Assembly: GCA_023253175.1 (NCBI GenBank)
Contig: JALRHH010000002.1
Coordinates: 192,199-256,198, forward strand
Length of the DNA: 64,000 bases
Reading direction: 5' to 3'
From: Candidatus Saccharimonadia bacterium
GTDB lineage: Bacteria > Patescibacteriota > Saccharimonadia > Saccharimonadales > JALRHH01
The notes below the pieces were generated by a model that saw only the letters and a program-made list of their open reading frames with translations, was not told the origin of the DNA and made no database searches. Of the stretch, positions 28,857 to 37,624 are shown piece by piece. Both the position numbers and the translations under genes were made by a program. Position 1 is the first letter of the stretch; each line of letters opens with the position of its first letter.

Positions 28857-29283
28857 TTTCCGGGCCTCTATAAGTACCTGAGAGTTCTAACTTTCCTATA
28901 TCACACCTTAGATTCGTAGTCATCTTAGACTCACCCTCTTGGGTTGCGTCAGATCTAGACACAGTTTGACAGCCGGAAGATTTAAAGAAACCCTCAACTT
29001 CGTCCAGAGATACATCCGTAGAGACCTTAAACGTTTTGCTTTTGTGGAAGCAGCCAGAGGAATTAAATTGGTAGCACTGGCGACCGGCTATTCCTCTGTT
29101 TTCTGTGCTTTTTATTTCTTGCCAGTCCGATGGGAATTGTAATTTAGAAAAGGCAGCTTCAACATCTGCAAAGTTTGGGTCTTTTGATGTAAACGGATAA
29201 ACGGCCGAATTGATGAAAAATAATCCAATCAGCAATATCGGTAATCCAATTATGATGCCTAAAATTGTCCGTTTTTGATTCAT
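28825..29283 (-). CDS. Membrane-anchored hypothetical protein (152 aa)
   Basis: N-terminal TM ILGIIIGLPILLIGLFFI. No recognisable domain. Confidence 0.45.
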   Translation of the reverse strand: MNQKRTILGIIIGLPILLIGLFFINSAVYPFTSKDPNFADVEAAFSKLQFPSDWQEIKSTENRGIAGRQCYQFNSSGCFHKSKTFKVSTDVSLDEVEGFFKSSGCQTVSRSDATQEGESKMTTNLRCDIGKLELSGTYRGPESEVYISLSTR

Positions 29284-29368
29284 GCACTACTCCCAAACAG
29301 TAATTGTTAATATCATATAGTATTTGCGAAAGAGCGGGTAGGGGATTCTACCAAAAAGCTGTGTAAAA

Positions 29369-29821
29369 CTAAGCCGTCTTGAATACGACGTGGCGGTCGC
29401 GGCCTTCGCCTTCTGATTCTGTGGTCAGACCGGCATCAGCACCAACCTGGTGCACTACCCTGCGGTCGGCTGCGTTCATTGGACGTAGGTGCATTGGTTC
29501 ACCAGATTCTTGAACCTGTTTAACCCACGCTTCTGCCTGTTCCGCCAAACGGTCTGCGCGCTGTTTCTTGTATTCTGCAACGTCTACGTTTACGCGCGTA
29601 ACTTCGTAGCCGTTATTTTTTAGCGCATTACTAACCATGTACTGCAGTGATCGAACGGTATCGCCGTGCTGGCCGATCAAGAAGCCGTTGAGATGCGTTG
29701 ATGGAACCTGGAGTTCGATAACCTGGCCATCTTCACTCGTAGCGTAGATGTCGGTATTGAGGCCAAAAAACGACAGAATATCCTCAAGATATTTCTTGGC
29801 GTATTGAATTGATTCTTCCAT
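29369..29821 (-). CDS. jag: RNA-binding protein Jag/KhpB (KH + R3H domains)
   Basis: 150 aa. It has LIGQHGDTVRSLQY (KH-like) and a C-terminal RRVVHQVGADAGLTTESEGEGRDRHVV (R3H). Its position is conserved downstream of yidC. Confidence 0.8.
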   Translation of the reverse strand: MEESIQYAKKYLEDILSFFGLNTDIYATSEDGQVIELQVPSTHLNGFLIGQHGDTVRSLQYMVSNALKNNGYEVTRVNVDVAEYKKQRADRLAEQAEAWVKQVQESGEPMHLRPMNAADRRVVHQVGADAGLTTESEGEGRDRHVVFKTA

Positions 29822-30753
29822 TACTTCCTCCGTTTATTAGCTTTTGCGTGGGAGGATTTTGTCTTCTTATTCTTTGACCCTTGGGTGCGAACAACTTCGC
29901 CCTCTATGATGTCTTTTTTAGATGGCTTTTCGTCAGCAATGGCTTCCATTTCTTCTTCGTCTTGCTTCAGTACACGACTCTGCTGGGTTATAGCAACAAG
30001 ACCGCTCACGAACCAGTACAGGCTCAGTGCGGACGCAAGTCCTACGGTAAAGAACAAGATCATTGCTGGGATCAGGAAGCGAGTACCACGCATAACTGCG
30101 GCGCTGACTTCTTGCTGGTCAGCTTCTTTGCCCTCTGCGGCGTCTTTCAGAATTTGCTTGAGTGAACGGCTGTCTTTTGCCTTTGGCATTAGCTGCGTAC
30201 TCTGTTTGAACTGCACAAATGCACTACCGAGTACCAACAAGAACGCTGGCCAGTAGAAGCCCTGGCTACTAACAGCGGCACGGGTCAGGTCAATAACACC
30301 AAGGAATGTCTCGTCAAATGAGGCAACCTTTGATGCAAGATCTTTGACCCAATCAATATTACGAATTGGTTCGTAGGCAAAGTTAACGATCGCACTCGGG
30401 TCGTTGACCATCTTGCGAAGTGCAAAATACAGGCCAAGCAGCACGATGAACTGGATGATAATGGTGCCAAGTGAACCAAAAGGACTGATGCCGCGCTCTT
30501 TGTAGAGCTCCATGAGCATCAGTGATTCTTTTTGGCGGTCGCCAGCGGCTTCTTTCTTGATGCGCTTGATCTGTGGCTGCATTTTGCGCATCGCTGATGC
30601 GTGGTGCAGCTGCTTTTTAACCAGCGGCCACATCGCAAAGCGGACAAGTACCGTAAAGACAATGATCGCGATACCAAAGTTGTGCCCTGGAATAAGTGCG
30701 GTAATAAAGACAAGTAGATTAAAGATCGGTTGTACGATCAGATTATCGAACAT
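29821..30753 (-). CDS. yidC: Membrane protein insertase YidC (short, monoderm type)
   Basis: 310 aa. It has IAIIVFTVLVRFAMWPL...KMQPQIKRIKKE...LYKERGISPFGS and a Lys-rich C-terminal tail. It sits in the rnpA-yidC-jag context. Confidence 0.85.
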   Translation of the reverse strand: MFDNLIVQPIFNLLVFITALIPGHNFGIAIIVFTVLVRFAMWPLVKKQLHHASAMRKMQPQIKRIKKEAAGDRQKESLMLMELYKERGISPFGSLGTIIIQFIVLLGLYFALRKMVNDPSAIVNFAYEPIRNIDWVKDLASKVASFDETFLGVIDLTRAAVSSQGFYWPAFLLVLGSAFVQFKQSTQLMPKAKDSRSLKQILKDAAEGKEADQQEVSAAVMRGTRFLIPAMILFFTVGLASALSLYWFVSGLVAITQQSRVLKQDEEEMEAIADEKPSKKDIIEGEVVRTQGSKNKKTKSSHAKANKRRK

Positions 30754-30807
30754 TTGGACTCCTATTTAGATCTATTCTAACATCCCTGGGGTATCACTTT
30801 AAATAGT

Positions 30808-31152
30808 CTAGATAATTTTTGCTTGTTTGAGCTGAGCGCGGACGAGTCTTGTCACCTCTTCGGCTGGGATTGTTGCGAGTTGGTCGTTAAATACTGTAAT
30901 CACGATATCGTAGGGTTCTTGAATCACAGCAGATTCATGGCGAAATGCCTCGTATAAACGACGGCGGATTCTGTTACGGACCACAGCTGACTTACTGACC
31001 TTCTTACTGACCACTACGGCGAGGCGATATACCTTGCGGCGATTATTGGAAGCATACTTTATGGCACAGAGCGGGCCACGAACGGTCTTACCGTTCTGAT
31101 AGACGTAGCGGAGGCTGCCGTAGCCATGAAATCTATTGGCGCGCCCAATCAC
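30808..31152 (-). CDS. rnpA: Ribonuclease P protein component
   Basis: 114 aa. It has the RNR-motif region VVVSKKVSKSAVVRNRIRRRLYEAFR. It starts with GTG and lies downstream of rpmH. Confidence 0.85.
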   Translation of the reverse strand: MIGRANRFHGYGSLRYVYQNGKTVRGPLCAIKYASNNRRKVYRLAVVVSKKVSKSAVVRNRIRRRLYEAFRHESAVIQEPYDIVITVFNDQLATIPAEEVTRLVRAQLKQAKII

Positions 31153-31242
31153 TCGACTTTACCTTCGTTATTAGTGCTCATGGGAATCATCATTACTGTA
31201 TAGGTTAACTGTTTTACTGGATTGGTTCCAGGGGTTTGTACT

Positions 31243-31270
31243 AAAAAACCTCCGACCTAAACGGAGGCTT
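31243..31270 (-). terminator. Intrinsic terminator/attenuator between rpmH and rnpA
   Basis: The minus strand reads AAGCCTCCGtttaggtCGGAGGTTTTTT, a 6-7 bp GC stem plus a T6 tract. Confidence 0.6.
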
Positions 31271-31291
31271 CTTAAAATCTTGCTGCTTAAT

Positions 31292-31429
31292 TTAAGCAGA
31301 CAATGACTTGCGACCCTTAAGGCGTCGGCGTGCAAGCACGGCGCGACCAGCCTTAGAAGCCATACGCTTCATGAAACCGTGTTCACGTGCGCGGCGGCGA
31401 GTCTTTGGTTGGTGTGTTCGCTTTGGCAT
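31292..31429 (-). CDS. rpmH: 50S ribosomal protein L34
   Basis: Not in the ORF track because it is under 60 aa. My translation is [45 protein letters not shown] (45 aa), the canonical L34 sequence. Confidence 0.92.
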   Translation of the reverse strand: MPKRTHQPKTRRRAREHGFMKRMASKAGRAVLARRRLKGRKSLSA

Positions 31430-31772
31430 CTTAGTCCTTATTTTACCAGATATCTGGTTTTAGTTATGCAGTCTTCCACTGCTCAAACTAAGCAACAATA
31501 CTGCATGTTGCCTAGCCTTTGCAAGTGGCTATTTCACGATTAACGTGAAATTGACAATACTTACCCACTAATACTAGCAACTTTTCCACTTTTCCTCAAG
31601 TGTTTTCCACAGATTAACAGATATGGCTTTTGCGTGTGCATAAAAAACTAGTATTTTCATAATTTTGCATGGAATCCATATAATGTGGCAAAAGACTTGT
31701 GGAAAAGTGCCTACTTTCTGGTATATTTATTAGCAAGCAAACAAAACACTTCAACTCGGAGGGAGAGGGTTT
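31430..31772. promoter_or_regulatory. rpmH-dnaA intergenic region with DnaA-box-like 9-mers (oriC part 1 / dnaA promoter)
   Basis: There is TTTTCCACA at 31603-31611 and its complement TGTGGAAAA at 31698-31706. Weaker copies are TTTTCCACT at 31582-31590, TTACCCACT at 31561-31569 and TGTGGCAAA at 31684-31692. Confidence 0.6.
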
Positions 31773-33170
31773 ATGCAGGATAACCTGTGGCAAACGGTAC
31801 TAGGCGAAATCGAGCTAACTGTTTCACGTGGCGCCTACGTTACCTGGTTCAAGAACACTCGACTCCTCCGTCACAAAGACAATATTATTGTGATTGGCGT
31901 CCCAAATGTCTTCATCAAGCAGCAAATGGAACGCAAATACAATCCGATGATTATTGAAATTATCGAGAAGAACGGTGTTAAGCCAGAACGCATTGAATAC
32001 AAGATCCACTCTGGTATCACAATCCCCAAGAAAGCCGATGAAGAGACACTTATACTAAACGCTGCGACGACCGAACGACTTTCGTCAAATGTACAGTCAG
32101 CCACAACCCAGAACCAATCACGCAGTAGCAGCAGCTCACTCACCCACTCCTACCGACTTGGCTTAAATGAAAAATACACCTTTGATAACTTCATTGTTGG
32201 GTCCGGCAACGAGCTTGCCTACGCAGCATGTCAGGCAATTGCAGCCAATCCTGGCACGAAATATAACCCGCTCTTTCTATATGGCGGCGTAGGACTGGGC
32301 AAGACTCACCTTATTCAGGCAGTCGGCAACGCCGTTATTGCAAACAACCCCGATGCGAACATCGTCTATATATCTATTGAACAGTTCGTGCAAGAATTCT
32401 TAGATGCTATTAAGTTCAAAAAGAACACTGACTTTGCAAGTTACTATCGAAACGCCGACGTCCTGATTATCGACGATATCCAGTTCATCGCCGGCAAGGA
32501 AAAAACTCAGGAAGAGTTCTTCCATACATTCAACGCACTGCACCAAGCGAATAAGCAAATCATCATCAGTAGTGATAAGCCGCCAAAAGATATTCCAACA
32601 CTTGAAGAGCGACTTCGCAGCCGCTTCACCTGGGGAATGAGCATTGATATGCAGATTCCAGATTTTGAAACACGCTGCGTAATTATCAAAACAAAGGCAG
32701 AGGCCCATGGCGTTGACCTTGATCAGCCTGTCGTGGAATACCTCGCAAACCTAATTCAATCAAACATTCGTGAACTGGAAGGCGCCCTAAATCAATTACT
32801 CGCATTCTGTGAAATGCGCGGCCTCAGCCCTGACATTACAATGGCAACCAACCTACTCGGCGCTGCAAAAACTAGACCAAAGCACATTAGCGCGAAACAA
32901 ATCATTGAACGCTGCGCGAAACATTTCCAAATTGCAGTTGAAGATATCACTGGTCCAAAGCGGGACAAAGATATTGTGGTTCCCCGCCAAGTTGCAATGT
33001 ATATGCTCAGGAGCGAACTACATCTCAGCTTCCCGAAGATTGCACGTGAACTTGGACGTAAAGACCATACAACCGCAATCCATTCAGTTGAAAAGATTGA
33101 AAAAGAAGTCAGCTATGACGCGGACATTAAAGCTGCGGTTGCAGAAATCAAGGAGCGTCTCTATGCGTAG
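31773..33170 (+). CDS. dnaA: Chromosomal replication initiator protein DnaA
   Basis: 465 aa. It has Walker A GGVGLGKTHL, box VII, and the C-terminal DNA-binding motif KDHTTAIHSVEKI. A GGAGGGAGAGGG SD lies upstream. Confidence 0.95.
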   Translation: MQDNLWQTVLGEIELTVSRGAYVTWFKNTRLLRHKDNIIVIGVPNVFIKQQMERKYNPMIIEIIEKNGVKPERIEYKIHSGITIPKKADEETLILNAATTERLSSNVQSATTQNQSRSSSSSLTHSYRLGLNEKYTFDNFIVGSGNELAYAACQAIAANPGTKYNPLFLYGGVGLGKTHLIQAVGNAVIANNPDANIVYISIEQFVQEFLDAIKFKKNTDFASYYRNADVLIIDDIQFIAGKEKTQEEFFHTFNALHQANKQIIISSDKPPKDIPTLEERLRSRFTWGMSIDMQIPDFETRCVIIKTKAEAHGVDLDQPVVEYLANLIQSNIRELEGALNQLLAFCEMRGLSPDITMATNLLGAAKTRPKHISAKQIIERCAKHFQIAVEDITGPKRDKDIVVPRQVAMYMLRSELHLSFPKIARELGRKDHTTAIHSVEKIEKEVSYDADIKAAVAEIKERLYA

Positions 33171-33433
33171 TCTATGGATAACATGTGGAAAGCATGCGCA
33201 TAACGCCGGGAAAGCTTGTGGGGAGAATCTGGGACTTTTCCGCAGCCAAAATCTATCCCAAATGTATACATGGATAACCACAGGGTTTTTCCGCGGATTG
33301 TACACATTTTGTGTGCAGAAATGCCCAGCTATTGTGGGTAAATTTACCTCTGTTAATTCCGGCTTTTACACAGTTTACACAGGGCTTATTACAACTACTA
33401 CTAATTAAATATATAGATATATAGGATTATTAT
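33171..33433. promoter_or_regulatory. dnaA-dnaN intergenic DnaA-box cluster plus AT-rich unwinding element (oriC part 2)
   Basis: Boxes with 1-2 mismatches to TTATCCACA on either strand: TATGGATAA 33173-33181, TGTGGAAAG 33184-33192, TGTGGGGAG 33217-33225, TTTTCCGCA 33236-33244, ATAACCACA 33274-33282, TGTGGGTAA 33333-33341, TTTTACACA 33364-33372. An AT-rich tract lies at 33391-33433 (ctaattaaatatatagatatataggattattat). Confidence 0.65.
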
Positions 33434-34525
33434 ATGAAGCTCCAAGTCACACAGGAAAACCTAAGCAAAGCATTAAGCTCAGTAGCACGAGTTGCTAATA
33501 GTCGAGGAACATTACCTATTCTTTCTAATGTATTACTTAAGACAGTAGATGGAAGACTCAGTATCGCAGCAACCAATCTAGATATCGCAATCACTCACTA
33601 CATTGGTTCAAAGGTTTCAGAAGAAGGATCAATCACGGTCCCTGCCCGTTTGATGCAGGATTTTGTTGGAAGTCTTCCTGGTGGAGTTATTGAACTAAAA
33701 CTTGATGATTACAAGCTTCATATAAATGCAGATAAGTATAATTCAACGATTAACGGCATTTCAGCAGAAGACTACCCTGTCATGCCTGCAATCGCTGACG
33801 GAACAAGCTGGAAGGTGCCTGGGAAGCTCCTGAAGCAGTCTTTGCAGCAAGTTGTAGTAGCTGCATCAAGTGACGAGGCTCGGCCTGTCCTGACGGGCGT
33901 ATATTGGCACACGCATGAAGGCAAGCTTTACATGGTTGCTACTGATAGTTACCGACTGGCTGAAAAATCACTGATTAATGTTGATCAAGCGGTTGATCTG
34001 CTGATTCCAGCAAGCGCGCTCCAGGATCTGCTTCGTATCATTGGTGATTACGATGAGGACGTCATTGTGACTCATGATGATCAACAGGTACTCTTTACGG
34101 TTGGTGATGTTGAGCTTGTGACTCGGTTGATTGAGGGTAAATACCCCGACTATCGAAAGCTTATCCCCCGCTCTTTTGCGAGTGACGCGTCACTAAAGCG
34201 CAGTGAGCTGGTGAATATTACAAAAGTTTCTAGTTTATTTGCCCGCGAAAGTGCTGGTAGTGTGACACTCGATCTTGATGCCGAGGCGCAGCAAGTAAGT
34301 ATCCGTTCTATCGCATCACAGATTGGTGAAAACACCGCAAGTGCGAGCGCGTCAATCACAAATGGCGGTGCTATTACACTTAATTCGCGCTATATTTTGG
34401 ACGCGCTGCAAGCACTTGGCGGCGAGGATGTTCAGGTAGCGTTTAATGGGAAGCTTGAGCCCTGTATTCTGACTGATCCAAAAGCCAAAGATTACCTTCA
34501 TGTAATCATGCCTCTGAAGTCATAG
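33434..34525 (+). CDS. dnaN: DNA polymerase III beta sliding clamp
   Basis: 363 aa. It has MKLQVTQENLSKALSSVARVANSRGTLPILSNVLL...ATDSYRLAE...MPLKS. Confidence 0.95.
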   Translation: MKLQVTQENLSKALSSVARVANSRGTLPILSNVLLKTVDGRLSIAATNLDIAITHYIGSKVSEEGSITVPARLMQDFVGSLPGGVIELKLDDYKLHINADKYNSTINGISAEDYPVMPAIADGTSWKVPGKLLKQSLQQVVVAASSDEARPVLTGVYWHTHEGKLYMVATDSYRLAEKSLINVDQAVDLLIPASALQDLLRIIGDYDEDVIVTHDDQQVLFTVGDVELVTRLIEGKYPDYRKLIPRSFASDASLKRSELVNITKVSSLFARESAGSVTLDLDAEAQQVSIRSIASQIGENTASASASITNGGAITLNSRYILDALQALGGEDVQVAFNGKLEPCILTDPKAKDYLHVIMPLKS

Positions 34526-34545
34526 TCGACTATAATAACCTCCAG

Positions 34546-35604
34546 ATGATTACAGATATTCGGTTGCAGCACTTCAGGTCCTACCAGGACAGTTCCTTCG
34601 AGATCGATCCAGGAGTAAATATTATTGTCGGTCCAAATGCGAGTGGTAAGACTAATTTACTGGAATCGGTACTTGTGAGCTGCCTCGGTAGCTCGTACAG
34701 GGTTAAGGATGCTGATCTCATTGAATTTGAGCAGCCATGGGCACGTATCGATGTCGGGAGTCCTGACGGGCAACGCACTGTGAAGCTGATAGGAAGCCCT
34801 GCTGGCACGGTTAAGAAAGAATACGTAATTGCCGATCAAAAACTCGCTCGCTTGTCGCTACAAAAGCAAATACCCGTTGTGTTATTTGAGCCTAACCATT
34901 TACAGCTACTTTCAAGTTCCCCTGACCTACGCCGCGATTACTTGGATGGGATTTTGGAACAGTATGTGCCTGGGTATGCCACGGTTCGCAGGCAGTACAA
35001 ACGGGCGTTGTCCCAGAGGAACCGATTATTAAAGCTTGGCCAGGAACAAGCCGGTTCGCAGTTGTTCGCATGGAATATACGACTCAGTCAGCTCGGCGGT
35101 GAACTTGCCCGTAATCGTATGGAATTGGTGGCTCGTATTTCAAATGACATAGAGCCGCTCTATCAGGATTTATCGAGTAGTGATTCAAGAGTGTCGGTTT
35201 CGTATGTGAGCGGCTGCCAGACGGATCAATACGGCTCTGACATGCTACATAAATTAGAGCAAAGCACTGCCAAAGATTTTGAGCGTGGCTTTACGGCATA
35301 TGGTCCTCACCGCGACGATATGCAGATCACATTAAAGAATAAGATGCTACAAGAAGCTGCATCGCGAGGCGAGACCCGCACGATGCTACTCGCACTTAAA
35401 ATTATTGAGATGCGCATCATTGAAGAAACCCGCGGGAAAAAGCCAATACTACTACTTGATGATGTGTTTAGCGAGCTCGACGGTGCACGCCGTAAATCAC
35501 TCACTGAAGTACTGAAAGACCACCAAACATTTATAACGACCACTGACGCCGATGTGGTTGTCGGCTATTTCCTAGATAAAAGCCACGTTATTTTAACAGG
35601 CTAA
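34546..35604 (+). CDS. recF: DNA replication and repair protein RecF
   Basis: 352 aa. It has Walker A GPNASGKTNLLE, the signature region ASRGETRT, and LLLDDVFSELD. Confidence 0.9.
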   Translation: MITDIRLQHFRSYQDSSFEIDPGVNIIVGPNASGKTNLLESVLVSCLGSSYRVKDADLIEFEQPWARIDVGSPDGQRTVKLIGSPAGTVKKEYVIADQKLARLSLQKQIPVVLFEPNHLQLLSSSPDLRRDYLDGILEQYVPGYATVRRQYKRALSQRNRLLKLGQEQAGSQLFAWNIRLSQLGGELARNRMELVARISNDIEPLYQDLSSSDSRVSVSYVSGCQTDQYGSDMLHKLEQSTAKDFERGFTAYGPHRDDMQITLKNKMLQEAASRGETRTMLLALKIIEMRIIEETRGKKPILLLDDVFSELDGARRKSLTEVLKDHQTFITTTDADVVVGYFLDKSHVILTG

Positions 35605-36272
35605 TAAATACCTGGCTCGGTAACCTCATACTGAATATTATAGTCATCTGGTCTAAAACCGATTGATGCTATATAGTCTTTGACTTGTGTTTTGTACTGC
35701 TCTATGGCGCCTTCTCTATCAATTCTGATATCCGCGGCGGTAAGGATCAGCTCGGCGTGTATGGTAAGGCTGTCATTTTCGTATAAAGCCTCTAGTTTAT
35801 AATTAAGGCCATCATATGGAAGGTGTGTAAGAATTGGGTCCGCCTTTGAGCCGTTTGAACTATCTTGAGCTTTAAGTATTGCTTCCTTTTGACTCTTCGG
35901 TAGTTTCTCAAACGGAATTTGCTTTGCTGTAAATCGAACAGTCTTGTTAACTAATTCTTCTCCCTTTTTCGAATGAATCTTAGAAATTTCAATCGTGTAT
36001 TCTTGCCGAGCATCCATTGGTCCAAGTCCGATGCGCAGCGTCTTTTCATTTACTACATCATAGCCTGTTATGGGCGCTTCGACGACGTTTACTTCGATAT
36101 TGTCTTCATCAAGTGCTTTGTTGAAGTTAATATCAATAAAAGGAGATATATTAGATACTTGTCTGGTCCCTGGGTTTGTGCCCGTAATGTGGAATACGAA
36201 GAACTGATAGTACAAAAGTCCAATAAAAGGAATTATAAGAACACCTATAACGATTATTAAAGCTCGTTTCAT
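35601..36272 (-). CDS. Membrane-anchored hypothetical protein with Ig-like (SbsA_Ig-like) domain; last gene of the T4SS-like operon
   Basis: 223 aa with N-terminal TM ALIIVIGVLIIPFIGLLYYQFFVF. Its start overlaps the upstream stop (TAATG at 36270-36274). Its stop overlaps the recF stop convergently. Confidence 0.5.
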   Translation of the reverse strand: MKRALIIVIGVLIIPFIGLLYYQFFVFHITGTNPGTRQVSNISPFIDINFNKALDEDNIEVNVVEAPITGYDVVNEKTLRIGLGPMDARQEYTIEISKIHSKKGEELVNKTVRFTAKQIPFEKLPKSQKEAILKAQDSSNGSKADPILTHLPYDGLNYKLEALYENDSLTIHAELILTAADIRIDREGAIEQYKTQVKDYIASIGFRPDDYNIQYEVTEPGIY

Positions 36273-37624
36273 TATTCAGTTCCTTTCGGGGATACGTAAC
36301 CAACTATATCGCTCGTAGCAAAGCCAGTGATAGTGTACTCAGTGACCTTACTTGATGTAAAGCCACCACCACCCTGATTACCACCTAGAACGGTCATTTT
36401 GTTTCCGTTAACGGCAACAACAAGCATGACGTGTGAAATGTAGTTTTTAGGGTCAGTATTCTTTTGTATCACGATGTCACCGGGCTGTGGTGTGTAATCG
36501 CCAGATTTATTAAAGGTAAATGTCTCACCCTTTTCGCCAATCGACCGTACTTCGTCAACACTGGCTACATTGCCCTGGTTACCTTTCTTTAGCGGATATC
36601 CGGCCTGGTTGTATATCCAGCTTACGAAGTCTGCGCACCAGTTTTCATTCCTGCCCTGACTATACTTGTGAAAATCTGTGCCTGGCTTAAGGGAACCGTT
36701 CCCCCAAAGCTCCAGTTCTTGCTTTGCGAGTGCTACAACTTTTTGCCTAACTGGTCCACCGATGCCGTTACATGCACCGCCAAGATCTGCGCCAGTAAGG
36801 GCTGCGTATTGTACGAAACCACCATATCCTTCATTTGCGGGGTATGATATCCCACCCCCATCTGTTTTGATTTGACCCCATCCGCTCGGGTTTTTGCCTG
36901 GATCGCGTTTTGCATCGGCTTTATTCATGACATATGGCGAGCCCTCGTAGCCCTCGTTTGCCTTGTAGCCGAGTGACTGAGCCTGTTTTTCGTACACACT
37001 CGCCCGCCCGTTATAACTAAACAACGTATCTTTTATGACATTCGGCTGAGAACTAGAGGTGATGGTCTTGTTTCCCTCGTAGTTTGCCTTTGCTTTACCG
37101 CTGATAAATTCGGCAACGAACATTGTCTGCCGCTCAAACTCTTTTTCGCTGACTGGTCCAGTTGGATATGGTCCGCCACGCTTGTCATAGAACTGGTAAA
37201 TGCCTTGACCATTGGATGGATTATTCCTGCCAAGTCCTGTCTCACGTATATGAATTACGGCAATTATCTGCCATGGAATATCGTGTTTTTGTGCTGCTTT
37301 CTCGTATACTGGCTGATTCTTTGCGATTTCGCTTAGCTGAGTTTTTGTCAGGATTTCGCGGCCAGCATAGTCTTTGTTTTGGCTTGTAGTGCCGACGATA
37401 TTAACACTACACTGGCTTGAGTTGTTCTTGTCGAGTGTGTCACATGGTCCGTAATAACCAGCATCCAAATTTATCATTCTCTCGTCTAGATTGTCGGTGT
37501 CTTCGCAGTCGATTGTCTCTGCGGCGTATGTTTTCTGTAGTGGCGAAATTGCAAAGAGTAGACTTAGGATTAAGGTAAGAACGATAGTATTTGATAGTAG
37601 CCGACGTGCACGTCTTAATTGCAT
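36272..37624 (-). CDS. Secreted bifunctional cell-wall hydrolase: SLT/lysozyme-like domain + C-terminal CHAP amidase/peptidase (VirB1/PrgK/CwlT analogue)
   Basis: 450 aa with a signal-like N-terminus. The N-terminal-half motifs IHIRETG ... GQGIYQF ... FSYNGRA parallel SLT motifs ES / GLMQ / AYNAG. The C-terminal half has NENWCADFVSWIYNQAGYP (Cys nucleophile) and ISHVMLVV (His), as in CHAP domains. Confidence 0.75.
   Translation of the reverse strand: MQLRRARRLLSNTIVLTLILSLLFAISPLQKTYAAETIDCEDTDNLDERMINLDAGYYGPCDTLDKNNSSQCSVNIVGTTSQNKDYAGREILTKTQLSEIAKNQPVYEKAAQKHDIPWQIIAVIHIRETGLGRNNPSNGQGIYQFYDKRGGPYPTGPVSEKEFERQTMFVAEFISGKAKANYEGNKTITSSSQPNVIKDTLFSYNGRASVYEKQAQSLGYKANEGYEGSPYVMNKADAKRDPGKNPSGWGQIKTDGGGISYPANEGYGGFVQYAALTGADLGGACNGIGGPVRQKVVALAKQELELWGNGSLKPGTDFHKYSQGRNENWCADFVSWIYNQAGYPLKKGNQGNVASVDEVRSIGEKGETFTFNKSGDYTPQPGDIVIQKNTDPKNYISHVMLVVAVNGNKMTVLGGNQGGGGFTSSKVTEYTITGFATSDIVGYVSPKGTE

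Noticed and set aside
32809-33408. 199-aa plus-strand ORF spanning the dnaA 3' end and the dnaA-dnaN spacer
   Set aside because: It is out of frame with dnaA and runs through the DnaA-box cluster. Its composition is low-complexity and Arg/Lys-rich. It is an artefact of the ORF caller.
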